Below are positions 1-13,334 of a stretch of DNA of 64,000 nucleotides, piece by piece. The stretch is taken from NCBI GenBank assembly GCA_017654855.1, contig CM030334.1, positions 2,976,001 to 3,040,000 of the forward strand, read 5' to 3'. Source of the stretch: Podospora anserina (Eukaryota). Numbering within the stretch: position 1 is the first letter of the stretch; the number at the start of each line of letters is the position of its first letter. The translations under genes were made by a program, and so were the position numbers. Under the pieces are notes generated by a model. It did not search any database. It was not told the DNA's origin and saw only the letters and a list, made by a program, of their open reading frames with translations.

Positions 1-1011
1 ATTAGCACGGGCCTGCAACGCTGCCATTGGTCTAGAAGGCCCAGCGGTCCACTTGACATCCCTGTTGGAACTTCACCGTCGTGAACCCAGGCGCCGTCCC
101 CCCTTTTGATTAGGACGAAATTAGCAATTTCTATTCGCCCGCCGCTCTCGCGAGTGCCCACGACAGCGACAGTCCCCAGGAAACCCCCCTTCACGGAGAT
201 TTGGGGACCAAGCAGGCAAGCTGAGCTGGCAGACCAGAGGCCTGTTCGTACCGTTGCTTCGTCTCTTCAGGGCCCGACCTTGGCGGCGAGAAGCTCAACC
301 CCCTTCTGCTCTCCGTCCACGTTCGCTCCCAGTCGTAAATTCTAATCCTAATCACCTCACTCTTGGGAAACTTCTCCCTTTCCGCTCTTTTGCACCACCT
401 CACCCGCCCGGACAGAACCTCCTGCTCTGCTCCTCCTTCCCCCCACGGCCAGACGGTCACCACGCTCCTTTTACTTTTTCAAACCGTCTTGCCTCTAGCA
501 GGCGCGCCATTCTTTTCCCGCCTTGCCTTTTGACTCCCCCCGCCGACGACGATACCTTCCTTACTCGCCGCCGACACCGCTCTTTTATTCAAATTGCTTT
601 GCGCCCTCACGAATTCTTGACGAGCTTCGGATAGATTTTAGAGCCCTTTGCGCCTGTTTGACTGCCTGTTGATACCTTGCGCCAAAAGTGAACCCTTGCC
701 CTGTCGCGCGACTTTTCGCAGACAACACATCCCACGTCGACGTCGACCAGAAACTGGATAACGGCTTTTTTCGGTAAAATTAGAAAGGGAGGAAATATTC
801 ACGACCAATTTCTTGTCATCTCGATCCCTACACGAATGTTATGACAACATCTTTCTGCGCAAGCTAGCATTGACGTCTTTCACCACCTCACGCCATTTCT
901 AACGCAGATACCATCTTCTGTTGCCCTATCAACCAGCCCTTTTCACTGCGCTATCCGACCATTCTGGATTTGGAAATTGTCTAGGAAGGGAGGAATACTT
1001 GGGTTGTCAAG

Positions 1012-3473
1012 ATGGAGGGAGGATTTTTAGATGGACAGCTTTATCCCATGGGGCCTAGGGTCCCGGGACTGGAGAAGCGCGGCCTCGCCGTGGAGATGCC
1101 GACGCCAATTTCTGGAATCAAGTTCCCTCGCGCCGTTTTGGCTGCGAGAGCCGAGGAGACCGACTGCCCGGATCCGCGACTTTGCCAGAAGCCGGTTGGC
1201 TCGTCTTCCATGACCTTGCCAATTGTTCTTGGAGTATGGTAAGTAGGATGCTGGGTATGCGCGCTAGAGTGTTGTGCTAACACTCTCTAGCATTCCCTTG
1301 GTTGGAGCGATTGGTGTTTTGATTTACCTTCACCGGAGGACGGTCAAAAAGAACAGGGAGGAGGATATGCATGATCCCCACAAGTCCCTGGATTTTGGGT
1401 TGGGTGCCGATTTTGCGAAGAAGAACGGCGCCGGTGTGGCCAACAGTGCCGACCCGTCGCGCTTCAACCGTCAAAAGCGCCAGCAAATGTCAATGGACAT
1501 GAACCTTTCCAGCCCCTATCTTCTCCCGGATGTTGGCCAGTCTCGGGATTCCCTCAACTCTCTGGCCCGCACTCTCAAGGCAAACGATGACCCGTACAGC
1601 CGTAGCGATGCTGGTTCGATAAGATCGTTCGCGCACAAGAACGGAGACGCCGCCTCGGTGTACACTCGCGCTGCTAGTCGCTCTGCCAGTCGCCAGGATG
1701 GCCCGCTTTCCCCCCCTCAAACAAGGAGTCCTCCACGCCTCGGCAGCATGCCGCCCAACTCGCCCCTTTTCCCCCCATCGCCGAGCCATATGCGCCCACC
1801 ACAGTCACCCCTTCCTCAGCCACCCAACAAGCCGGCCAACTCGCAAGGGTGGGAAGAGCAAGACATTGGTGTTGCAACGGATGCGCCCATTCTTCAGCAA
1901 CCGCCCGCTGCCGCTCAAAGGGATGCTCGGAAATCTCCTCTCTCTCCTACTCTCAAGACCAGCGACTCTAGCCTTGATCTCGCTCCTCCAGTTAATCCCT
2001 TCGAGAAGCCCGAGGCTCAAGAAATTGACACTCCCACCGAGCCCACTCATGTTGGTCTGGGACTCATGCACGGCGAGCCCGCTCAGGCCTCAGTCAGGAC
2101 CTCCACTTCGACGGTCAACAGCGAACTCGAGAGCAAAGCGCAACGCGGGCAGCCCGCCCAAGCGCCTGCTGTGATCGAGCCTGAACGCGCCGAGTTCCAC
2201 GACTTCGACTTCACCGATATGCCCAGGATGCCCCGGTCACCCTCGCCCGAGGGCCGCAAGGAGAACCAACTTGATGCGGACGAGCCCAGAGGCCGTAATA
2301 TGCAGAGGACGTCACATCTGTATGACCAGCAGGAGGGGGCTGCGAATGGCTTGGGCGTCCCGATGGGCGACAACCGTCGTCTTTCTGTTGGTTTCCGTCC
2401 TCTGCCGCCAGACGAGATCACGGAATCCGAGGACCCAGAGTACAGAGCCAACCGCATCAGATCTTTCTACAAGGAGTACTTTGAGGATTCCGCTGCTGAC
2501 AGACCACCCATGCCACCCATGCCCCAGAACATCCCAGCCCAGCACCAGCAAAAGCGCCCTGGACCGCCCGGGCCACAGAACGGAGGGTACTACGATGACT
2601 ACGCCGCGGATGCTCCTTACTTTGATCCTGCCTCGAACTCTTTCATCATGCCGTATGCCCAGCCTGTTTCTCGCCGTGCCATGACACCGCCCCCATCCGG
2701 ACAGAGATTCCCCGGTCCCAGAGGTCCTGGTGGTCCAAGAGGTCCCGGTCCGAGAGGACCGCCCGGCCCGCCCGGCCTCCGCGGTCCTCCCAGACCTGGG
2801 TCTTCCGTTTCCAACCAGATCGGCGGTCCCTCCCGCCCGGGATCCAGCATGTCGAACGCCTACGGCCGTCCCCGCGCCGGTTCCACCATGTCCGGTGGCC
2901 GTTTCGGTGGTAACGGTGGCAACAGAACGCCCGTTCCTCCCCCGATGGATCTCACCACCCTCCCAACCCCCTCCATGATGAAGGACGACTCGTTTGCCAT
3001 CCTGAACGCGGCCGACTTCGCTCCTCCCGAGAACTTTGCCTCGCGTGCCCGTGGCAGATCCCAGAGCCCAGCTGGCGAACGCCGGCCGTATGAGAGGAAG
3101 GTCCCAGTGCACTCGCCCTTGGTGAACGCCTTTGATGAGCTCCCCGTTCTCCCCAGCCCGTAAGTTTGATGATCCCTACTTGCATTTTCCCCCGAAAACA
3201 ATCACTAACAGCTCATCCAGTCACACCCTCCGCAAATCCAGCACCTTTACCGGTCTCGACTTTGCGCCCCCCCGCAAGTTCGTCAACGACAACGACGCCC
3301 GCAGCGACGCCGGCTCCATCCGCAGCAACCGCAGCGGCTTGTCGAATGTGCATGCCCAAGCCATCAAGAACGGCGCGGGCCGCATCAGCAAGCTGCCCGG
3401 CGACCAGATCTTCACCCCAGACGCCCTAGCTCAGACCTTGAAGCCATCGTGGGGTCTGCGTGACAAGGTGTAA
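1012..3473 (+). CDS. Single-pass membrane protein with Pro-rich cytosolic tail, Skg6/Tos2-like (~782 aa)
   Basis: Exons 1012-1238, 1291-3159, 3221-3473 (GTAAGT donors, CTAAC branch points). Splicing rebuilds a TM helix LPIVLGVCIPLVGAIGVLIYLHRR. The RANRIRSFYKEYF and LPTPS motifs resemble yeast Skg6/Tos2, from memory only. Confidence 0.75.
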
Positions 3474-4079
3474 GAAAAAAAGGAGGTATGATGATTTTGG
3501 GTTCATGTTTTTCGCATGCTTGCTCTCCAACAAAGGCTGGGACTGCTCCTCATTTGATATGCAAACATTTTCTCCGTTTCAGCAGGTTACTCACCTACGG
3601 TTTGTTCCTGTTTCTGGCATATTATCATCGGTGTCACGTCGTTTTTCTCTCTCTCATCCAAAGCATCAATGCGAGTTTATTAGGGTTGGTTTTTGAACTG
3701 GTGTAAAAAGGGGCGTGTTTTTGCTGGCTTGAAAATTTTATTTTGCTGTTGGCTATATCTGTTTGTAGTAGAGAGGGAAAGGGAAATCAAGTTCTTTTTT
3801 AGACCAAGGTGGAGGTTTACTTTTTGGAGATGGGAGGAAAAGATAGGAAAGAGACTATACTATTGTATGTCTAAATTTTGTTCAAAAAAGCCTTACATAT
3901 ATATAAATTTACCGACAACAACGTATATATTCACACACCTTGTTTTGGATTGAGCATAGTCTTATCGTATACTTGTAATTACTCCTCGTCTCTCAAACAA
4001 TTACTATTCATACTTTCATACCAACCCAAACTCATCAACACACCCCCTATCATACACTTTTCCCATTTCCCCCCCCCCC

Positions 4080-5171
4080 TTAACCCCTCAACCAACTCCC
4101 CACCCCCAAAACAAAAACAACCAAAAGCACGTCCCCCCTCACCCTACCCACAACCTTGGCATACCTAACCCCCATCTCGACCCGTCCCTTCCACGGCGGC
4201 GGCAGGAAATTCGTCAACCCGCCCAAGATCCCAGAGCTCTGCTCCCCCCTAATCCCAGCCTGACTCTCCAAAATAAACCTCGTCGTAAACAGCAAAATCT
4301 CCGCAGTGGCAAACCCCCAGACAAAGTTCCTCTTGGCCTGGCTCTCCGCTTCTGACTTGAACACTGCCGCGCCTGAATCCGCCAAGACCGACTTGTCACG
4401 GTCGAGCTTTGAGCCAGTGAAGGGTGTGCTGAGCAGCAGGTACAGTCCCAGCGAAAGGGCGATAAGCGTATGCAAGATTTTGAAGAGACCGGGGATTTTT
4501 GAGGGCGGCTGTTGTTGCTGGGGTGGCTGTTCCATACCAGGCATACCAGGAAACCCACCGCCCATGCCAGCAAGACCAGCAAACGGGTTTTGCGGAGGAG
4601 CGCCACCACCACCGGGGGCAGCGCCACCGCCTCCAAGCATCTGCATCATCATCGCCATCATCGGGTCCTCCTCCATTTTCTTCCCCCCTCCCATCCCCAT
4701 TCCCATGGGGGGTGGTGTGACGCCCGGTCCGTCAAGTCCAAGCATCATCTGCCTTAGCGCCTGCTCGTCGATGTCCGACTCAACGGGGGGGGTCCGGTTC
4801 GTACTCGCCGGTCGATAGAAGTGTTCCGAGGTGGAGATGTCGACTTCTTCTGGGTCGGCATCGTGGACGGAGGCAGTAACAGAAGCGGCAGCAGGGATGG
4901 CGGATGTAGTAGTGGCATCACTGATGGTGGAGGGAGGTGCGGTTGTGCTCGAAGGGTCCACTACTCTCGTTAGCTACCACCACATCATCATCATCAGAGA
5001 ATTAAAAGAACGCAACATACCCCTCTGCACACCACCCCCCAAACCGGTAATCTTATTCAACCTCGACTCGGCCCCCGCCCTGATCTTCGCCTCGCGCTTC
5101 GCCTTCCTCAGCGCCGCCTGGTGGGCTGCGCGCGCCGAGGCGGCTTCTTCTTCGGGGGTGAGTTGCGTCAT
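4080..5171 (-). CDS. GET2: GET complex subunit Get2/Sif1-like, tail-anchored protein insertase (~343 aa)
   Basis: Exons 5171-5021 and 4960-4080; intron GTATGT..GCTAAC..TAG. Basic N-terminal motif LRKAKREAKIRAGAESRLNKITG, a low-complexity linker and three C-terminal hydrophobic helices. Confidence 0.8.
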
Positions 5172-6045
5172 GTTTCTCTCTCTCTTTTGTTGTTGTGAAA
5201 TGAATAATGACTGGTGGTGGGTAGTAAATGAGGAAGAACAAACCGTTGCGCCTGGAAAGCTCAGAGAAAATTGATGTGACGTCGCCCGGTGTGCAAGCAA
5301 GACGTGGCGCGGTGGAGGTTTGGTTGGTTGGTGGGTTGGTCGTCATTGTGCTGAGCTGTTCGCTTTCAGCCTTGTGGTGCATGCACAGTGGCAGCTGGGA
5401 AATCCTTATCTTATCAGAAGTTGAGTTGCCTGCCGGAGGGAAGGGTTGCCCCTTTTTGGCTTTGAGCTTCAACGTTTCAACATTGTACTTTCAGTTTCCA
5501 GTTCCCAATCGTAGTCCTCGTTTCCAAGTATGATACTGTAATCATGGTCTAGTATTAATCAAAACTACTATCAAGGACACAATCCCATCAACTTCCCAAC
5601 ATGCTCCTGTATAAACAAAACTAACACCTACTCAATGCCGATGCAATCGTATATCATACAGCACACCAAACAAAAAAACAACCCAAACTCCACGCTATGT
5701 GCAGCCAACCTATACGTTTGTGCCCCAAAGCCATGCCATGCGTGAAACCGAGCAGAAGGAAAGTAAAAGAAACCCATCATCCACCTTTTAGTGTCTTCCT
5801 TGGTTATATCAACCCTTCATCCCTTGATAAACCCTCCCCATCCTTCCCTCCCTCTCCACCCTCTGCTCCCTCGCCCATCTAATCCCCCTAACACTCCCCC
5901 TCTCCGACCCAACCGACAGAACCGACCCATTACTCCATCCCCTCTCCCTTCCATTTGACCCGACCGAGAAGATCGAACTCACACTCCCAACCCTCTCCCT
6001 CCCCATCCCCCCAGAACCGCCAGAAACATTAAGCAAACGGCCTCT

Positions 6046-7949
6046 CTAATCCGTCTCCTGACCCTGTTCCTGCCGGTTCCTCCTCCCCTCCCCCTCCTTG
6101 GGCCAAAGCAACTCCCGCTTCCACAAACAGTCCACCATCCTCCCCACCACCAAGCACCAAACAATTACAATCCCCGCTGCCAGCACACACCCAAAGACCT
6201 TCAACCCTTCAGCCCCCAGCTGTATCCCAATCGCCTCCGTCGCCGTGACCAGCGCAGTGTTAGGAAATACAAAACTGAACCACGTCATCTGGAACTTGAA
6301 GTTCTCCTTCTTCTCCGGACGGAGATACTTCCAAAGGGAACCCACAGACACCAAGAAGAACCAGATGCTCAACCCCCAGAGCCAAAGGCCAGTCATGTAT
6401 GCCATGACTTTGAGTATGTCCGCTGAGAGGGTGTGGTCGGAGGGGAAAATATCGGATGCTAGGCCACCGAGGGAGACAAGACCTGCCGCGGTGAAACCTG
6501 ACGGACCGATACTGATGAAAACACCGGGACGTTGATGGTCGCGGGGAAGTTTTTGAGTCATGAGGCGGTAGAGGAAGGAGGCCGAGATCATAAAGGCGAT
6601 TAGGAAGCCGGTGCCCTGAGTTGTCAAGCTGGCTAAGGAGATAGCAATAGGGTTTAACAGGTCAATGCGGCCGGATTGGGCGGCGGCAGAGATGAGGTTC
6701 GCGGCCATAGGGGCGGTCAGCAAGAGAGGGTAGGCGGGGAAGACCCAGACCGGAGTCATGGTGTGGATTGGAAAGACTCTGATACCAAAGTTAGTATGAA
6801 GCCAACAGAGGTTGACAAGGTGACACATACTGAGTCGACCAAAGAGTGAGATAAAGGCCCGCAGAAGATAGCGTGCTTAACCCCACGTAAACCCAAAACA
6901 GCGCCTCCAACAAAGAGAGAAGCCAGTCACCAACGTGAGGAATACCATACTGGGCCGTGGTGATGAGAATCGTCGCTAGTGATACAATCTACTCCATATT
7001 AGCCTTCAGATCCAGTCCATGGAGGGTATGTTCCACGACTTATTCAGGAGTGAGAAAGAAATGGTGTGTTACACAGCCACTCAGGGGCCGGCTCGCAATA
7101 GAAAATTATGCTACTTACAAGGGAAGAAATAAACAACGACTCCATCTGGTCCGTGAACGACTCGACAAAGCTTCCCGGCCGCCAATGAAACCGCAACGAG
7201 ATTAATACACAGTTCATTATGAACAAACAAATGTTGAGAAAGTAAAAAGCAAGCCCGATGCCGGTCAGCCAGCGCGATTCGTAGGGTATCGAGTGAAGAA
7301 CATTGGCTACTCCGCCTGTCGCCTATAACATTATCAGCTTCACCTACATCGAACTGTTGATCAAGAAAAGGCGACCTACCATGGTCATGGTAAACCAGTT
7401 CCACTGCACACAGCAAATCCGGTCTTTGATGCTCACTTTCCCATTCCCATACTTGGCATTATTTCCTGCCCGGTTCATCATCCCCTCCAGGGAGTCCGGC
7501 GTCGAAAACTCCAAGTACGGTGCATGGGTATGTATGGTGGCCGGTGTGGACGTACCACTCCTCCCGGGCTGGCGATTCCGATAATATGATGAAAACCCCC
7601 CTTGACCCGGAGCAGGGTTGTAATTCGGAGGCTCAAACTCGTCTGGTGATTCATACCCTATGCTCCCCATGCGCGGGAGCGGTGGCCGTTGCTGTAGCTG
7701 ATGAGGAGATCGCGGGGAGGTGGTGTTGACGTTAACATTTTGGGTATGAACAGACAAATGACTGATATTTTGTTGTGGTAGTTGTATGTGTTGTGGTTGT
7801 GAAGCTGGTGGTGGTGAAGCTAGTGGTGGTGGTGGTGGTGGTGGTTGTGTAGGTTGTGTAGGCTGTGGCCATGACGACGGTGAGCTGCTGCTGTTGCTCA
7901 TGAACCCTGCAGGGCCGGGGGAACCACCGGCCACTCTTGGGACGGCCAT
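6046..7949 (-). CDS. mae1: Malic acid/C4-dicarboxylate transporter, SLAC1/TDT family, Mae1-like (~554 aa; alternative start 7901)
   Basis: Exons 7949-7380, 7322-7119, 6988-6831, 6778-6046. Motifs WNWFTMTMATGGVA, MTPVWVFPAYP, RPGVFISIGPSGFT and WFSFVFPN; about 10 TM segments. Confidence 0.9.
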
Positions 7950-8148
7950 GCTAAGAACACTCGTTCGAGTACCAATCCGACTGCCAAAATGCCTTGGCCT
8001 CCGACCATAGCAATCAGCTGGTCGCACGCGTCCGAGATGTTGACGAGAGCCGTGAGAAACAAGACAGTCTCGAAGAGGTTCCCTATCATTAGGGTGATGG
8101 GCATCATGGTGGGGTGTGTAAGTGGTGGTTGGGTGGGTGGCCGGGGTC

Positions 8149-8155
8149 TTATATA
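8149..8155 (-). promoter_or_regulatory. TATA box upstream of the Mae1-like transporter
   Basis: TATATAA on the minus strand, followed by a C/A-rich stretch, about 200 nt upstream of ATG 7949. Confidence 0.5.
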
Positions 8156-10299
8156 AATTGACAGGGTAGTGAAAAACTAGAAGAAAAAAAGGCTCCTAAG
8201 GTAATAGTGTAAAGGAAGGACCGTTAATGCTTGGTTGCTCCTAGGCCCCCGTCACTTCCCGGAAAGCGGCAAACGGAGATGGCCCTATTGAGAGGGTCGT
8301 GTGTGTGTGCTGTGTGTGTGTGGGTGCTGTGTGTGTGAGTGTAGTATCTCTCGAGTGCGGATCCTGCGATCTCGATTTCACCACCTTTTGCGGATGACAC
8401 TAGCGGAGGTTTTCTCTGCAGAAAGATGGATGGAAAATCCTGGCTTGCCGCGGCCTTGGTCCGACTCCTATGGCTGGCAATTGGCGGCTTTCCTTTTGGA
8501 TGAGAAGACCGAACTCGTGCGAAGCTCGGCGGTTACGTAGTGGCAGGTTTTTAGGGGCAGTGGTGTGCAGTAAGCAGGGTCCTTGTCAAGTTTGGATGGT
8601 ATGCCTTTAGGGTCTGACCAGAAATTGCATGTGAGGGTAGGTGTGGGCTGCTAGGGAGAATATTCGAGAGAAGCGCAAGGTGATGCTCGAGGGTTGGGTT
8701 AAAAAAATGTGTGACTCTGATCAGCAAGGCATGGAAAGTCGTGTGCAGTTGACAGACGGGAAGTCCAGTTTCGGACAGGCATTAAAATCCCCGGACATCG
8801 CCTACGTTAGTGAGGATCAAAGAAAGTTTAATTCTCCTAATAGCACAACGCATGATTTGTGCCCGCTGAGTTACCAAACCCCGTGGTGTCTTTTCCATGG
8901 GAAGCAATTCTAATCTCCCTTCCTCATCCCTCTGACCGAATTTCCCATCACGATGCAAGAAAAACTCTGAGCGAATGCAGAGGGGCAGCTTTCGTCATTC
9001 CAAGACATGTCGTTCGCCCGCCAAGCCGGCCGGCACGGTCCAGCTGACCCCCCAATGATCGGCTCCGACATCTGATGTGCCCCGGATAACGATGCCGAGA
9101 TACCCACCAAGCCTCTTCGAAACACTAATGAGAAAACTTCCGTTTCCCTTCACCATCCCGGATTTCCCCATCTTCACACGTCATGCAAATGCGGTAATTC
9201 CTCCATGTTACAAAATGGGCTGTGTTTTCGACCTCGTCCTCGCATTCGCCCTCGCCCTGTGTTTGTGTTTCTCGTCCAATCTTCCACCACCAAACACACG
9301 ATATATGCTCCCCTTCCCATCTGACATGCCGGCACTAAGCTTGTGCACCACCATCTTTCAGGTGCCTTGCATCGTGTTACGGTGAGCGCGAGTAGGCGGT
9401 GTCCGAGGACCGGCGCTATCGTGCCAGCACAGAGAAACAGGTCTTGATGCTCTTGGTGGTGCGTAGTAGCAGCGCTGGGTGCATGGCCTCGTTGTCCAAT
9501 GTAAGACGAGGACGCTTGCTCGCTGCAGCAGTAGGACCTGTCAAAAAGTCTGGATTCTGTGACCCGAGTACGGAGGAATCTCTCCAGGTCTACTTCGAGT
9601 CACCATCTCACCAAAAGGCCTGTATAAAAGCTCACCGCATCCTACTTTCACGGTCAAGAGGGCCAGCAAGCAAGTGGCAACGCCAACACTAATTTGAGTT
9701 ACATCAGGTAATATATCAATTCTCATTTATAAACTGCCTGTGATTGTTACGTATAGATGGAACAAACCTCACCGTATTTTTACTTGGCTTTGTCCCATGA
9801 CGGGACGACGAGCTTGAATTGCTGGTTACCCATAGCGGCAATCAGGGATCACCCAACTGACAATCCAATCCACTCGTTTTTGTTGTTTATTGCAATATCA
9901 GCAAAACCGACCTTTGTCGTTACGATCACGACCCCCCTAAACCTGCCCTTTTCTTCAGGACCTCTAATCAGAAAAACACACGCAACCGCCCTATGTTTTC
10001 AGGTCTTGCAAGGAGAGTGCCAGTTTCTACCCCGGAATCCCCGGATCAACCACCTCCACCCAAACGCCAGGTATTACCGCCCCGTGGACACGGCAGAGAG
10101 GGTCGCTTTGCGCGCATGTACGGATGGTCTCGATGGACACATCCTACAGAGAGCCGCCAATGCAAATAGTCTTTTTGGTGTATACTGTCCAGGGAATAAA
10201 GAGAAGGAAAAGAAGGGAAAAAAATATGGACAGATAGAGAAAACGCCAGTCCCATGATGTAATATGATGCTTTTTGGTTACCCCCCAATTGTTATGCAT

Positions 10300-11945
10300 T
10301 TAGTCGTGATTAAACAGGACGCTGATGGATTCACCATGGTGGACGCGCCGGATCGCCTCGGCAAAGATGGGCGAGATATCCAGAACATCCAGCTTGGGTC
10401 CAAGAAGCGCCTTGTGCTTGTCCTGAGGCACCGAGTTGGTCACAACCACCTTGTCGATGGCCGATGCCTGTACGCGGTTGATAGCGTCACCGCTGAAGAC
10501 GCCGTGGGTCAGAAGGGCGTAGATCTTGGTCGCACCCTCCTTTTTGCAGAGCTTGGCAGCGCGTGTAATGGTGTTGCCCGTATCGAGAAGGTCGTCGACG
10601 AGAATGCAGATGCGGTCCCGCACATCACCCACCAACATCATGCTTGCGTTTTGCCGGTCCGTGATCTTAGTAGGGCGGCGTTCCTGTTTTGAATCGTTAA
10701 GGACGGAGCGCTCCTGGCAGCAGCAAGAGGATAATACCTTGTGGATGAGGGCGAAATCAACGCCCATGCTGTCAGCAATCGCTGTTGCGCGCTTCGCGCC
10801 GCCTGCGTCGGGGGAAATGATCACGGCATCCTTGTAGTTGGGGATGTGCTGCTGGATGTACCGCTTGAGGAGAGGCCTTCCGTACAAGTTGTCGACAGGC
10901 ACGTCAAAGAATCCCTGCACTGTTTCAAAAAGTCAATACCCTCCCCTACGTAACACGGCTGGATGGAGGAGAAAAACGTGGCCCAGAACTCCGGGCCTTC
11001 ACACAGAGTCGCAGTTCTTGGCATGCAACCGACGAAAAGGGGTAAACCTCCAAGTTACACGTACCTTGAGGGTCGTGCAAATCCATGGTGATGACTGTGG
11101 GCAGACAGGTTAGCTTGTTATCCACAATCGCAACAAGTAAACCGATCAAGTCGATTCAGCAACCAGGCCATTGGGCTGGTTGTCGAGTAGCAAGACTGGA
11201 CGCAAACATCAAAGATATGCGTACCATGATCAGCACCAGCACAGTTCAAGAGGTTCGCGACCAACGTGCCAGCCTGCGCAACCCACTGCTTATAGCCAGG
11301 CTTCGCTTGGAATGCGCCGATGTGCGAGAGGTTCTCATAATCGTGCGTCGTGTAGGCCCCAGTCCGTGTGACGGGGCTTGGGGTGGTGGTGCCGTTGACT
11401 CCATTCGCAGGGAAATAGCCATCGCCGTTTTGTTTGATGGGGGACTGGACACCGTTCCCGTTGGTCAAGGAGGTCTTGAGCAGTTTGCTCGTGATATCAG
11501 TGCCATTGGTGAGACCGGCAGTCTTTGGAATACCGGGGGCTGGCGTAGCGGGGACACTGTCGAAGGTATAGTCCTTCTTTCCGCTCTCCGACCCAGCCTT
11601 GAACAGAGGCGCACCGGCCTTGTTGTATGGGAGATCTGGCTGTCTCGAGTAGGGAAACAAGGGCAGGACAGCCGTGACCCTACGCGCCGAACCTGTCTTG
11701 CAGGCAGAGATCATGATGCACAGATCCATGAAATGATCATTGAGCCTGCTGCCGTTGCCCCCGAAGCCCGTCTGAATGATGTACACATCCTTGCCTCGAA
11801 CCGAGTCCTGGATCTCGCAGCGGCTTTCTCCCGAAGAGAACTTGGTCAGGATGCGGTTGCATGGTGGCAAGCTGAGCGCATTACAGACGCTGTCGACCAG
11901 GGCCGGGTGCGAGTTTCCGCCGAGAACCACGATGTTGCGGACCAT
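10300..11945 (-). CDS. PRS5: Ribose-phosphate pyrophosphokinase, Prs5-type with a long non-homologous insertion (~438 aa)
   Basis: Exons 11945-11225, 11094-11065 (30 nt), 10919-10738, 10683-10300. Motifs KFSSGES, LPLFPYSRQ, ITMDLHDPQ, ISPDAGGAKRA, ILVDDLLDTGNT and THGVFSG. Confidence 0.93.
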
Positions 11946-13334
11946 GATGACGGCTCAATTGGCTTGTATAAGGGGAGCGGCGTGATCCGACGAAATCGCC
12001 GACGAGTGACCGGTGTCGGGAGACGGCCGACAACGAAAAGTTGGGAGTTGGCGAGATGTGGGAGGGGCCAAGAAAGCGGTTTAGCGGCGGGAGGTACAAG
12101 ACCAAAAGCTCGACAACCGAACGGATCCGATGACCGGCAGGGAAGCGAAGTTTTTCGGCAGCTGCAGGTGCAAGTCGATGATGACGACTGATCGCTGCCG
12201 GAGAGAAGCAGAAGACAATGGGCGGTGTAAAAGTCTTTTGCAGATGTGGTTATGCTGGCAGAGGACCGGCAAATGATAAGCTTCTGAAGGGTCAAACTCT
12301 CCAAAGCCTTCAAGGGTCCTCGTGTTGCCCGAAGAAGTTTTGATGCCAGGATCTGGGGGCTTGTTCAACAAAGAATGCCGAGGGTAGGCGGGTTAGGCTC
12401 GCTGAAAGGAAGCCTACAGTGAATAGAGTGCCACCAAGAGCGGAGAGAGTCTACTGCAGACAGGAAGAGGTGACAGAAAAGAAGAAGAGAAGAGAGGAAG
12501 ACGGGAGGTCATCACAGGGGAGTCATGGCGAGGCGTGTAAATGGGGGGCCAGATGGATGGATGCAGGTGAGAATTGTCGTTGGAAGAGAAACAGTAGCAG
12601 CAGGGTGGGCTTTGAGTGGGACCTGGAACTGGCTTTCACCGCGGGGCAGGCAGGCTAGAGGCTAGGAAATCAAACACTGAAAAGTTTTTGCGGCTTCGCG
12701 GCTGTGTGAGTGATTCAAGGTTCTCGCCTCATCCATTGACGTCGCCTTCGGTCGGATGAGGTACCAGGTACCTGCCCGCCGGCCCTGCTGGGGTCGTGCC
12801 GGTCAGGAATGATGCGATATTTTTTTTCCTCTTCAAAAAGCTGCAGGTTTAGCCGTACGCTGATTGGACAGAAGCCTTCAATGGGGACGTGCACTGCAGC
12901 ACTGGCTTGCATGGAGGGGCAAGTTCTCACACTGTGGCAGAAACATGTGCTGCTTGGGTGAGAGCCTTCTCATGGCAGCCTCACCATTTCAAACTTTTTT
13001 TCTGTGAGATTCTGATACCTCTATGCAGCGGTCGTCACCGGCCAGACTGTTTTCTGCATCAATGCTCTTGCGGGGTAGAAAGTGAATGAGACTTTGATAG
13101 ACAGCTGCTCCTGTCGGTCGTAACCAACCTTGATCATAATTTGCTTGTCCTTGCTTGGTTGACTTGACAGCCTCGACTTCATCCGGGTAGTGTGCTTCAA
13201 GATCCCTGCATCGGTACCGTGAACACCGGAGCTAGGAATATCGTCCACCGCAACATCTATCCGATTGCAACATCCATCTCCTTGTCGTCGGCTTCCTTTC
13301 ATTCAAGCCATCGCAAGCTCAACAGAAAGCCGCC

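Noticed and set aside
10920-11224. Possible stwintrons around the 30-nt PRS exon
   Set aside because: No internal acceptor regenerates a valid donor, and simple splicing gives a sensible protein (HVITMDLHDPQVQGFFD).
11085-12191. Long antisense ORFs (also 19046-20011, 31266-32120, 38769-39635, 2312-3112)
   Set aside because: Shadows of real opposite-strand genes caused by codon bias.
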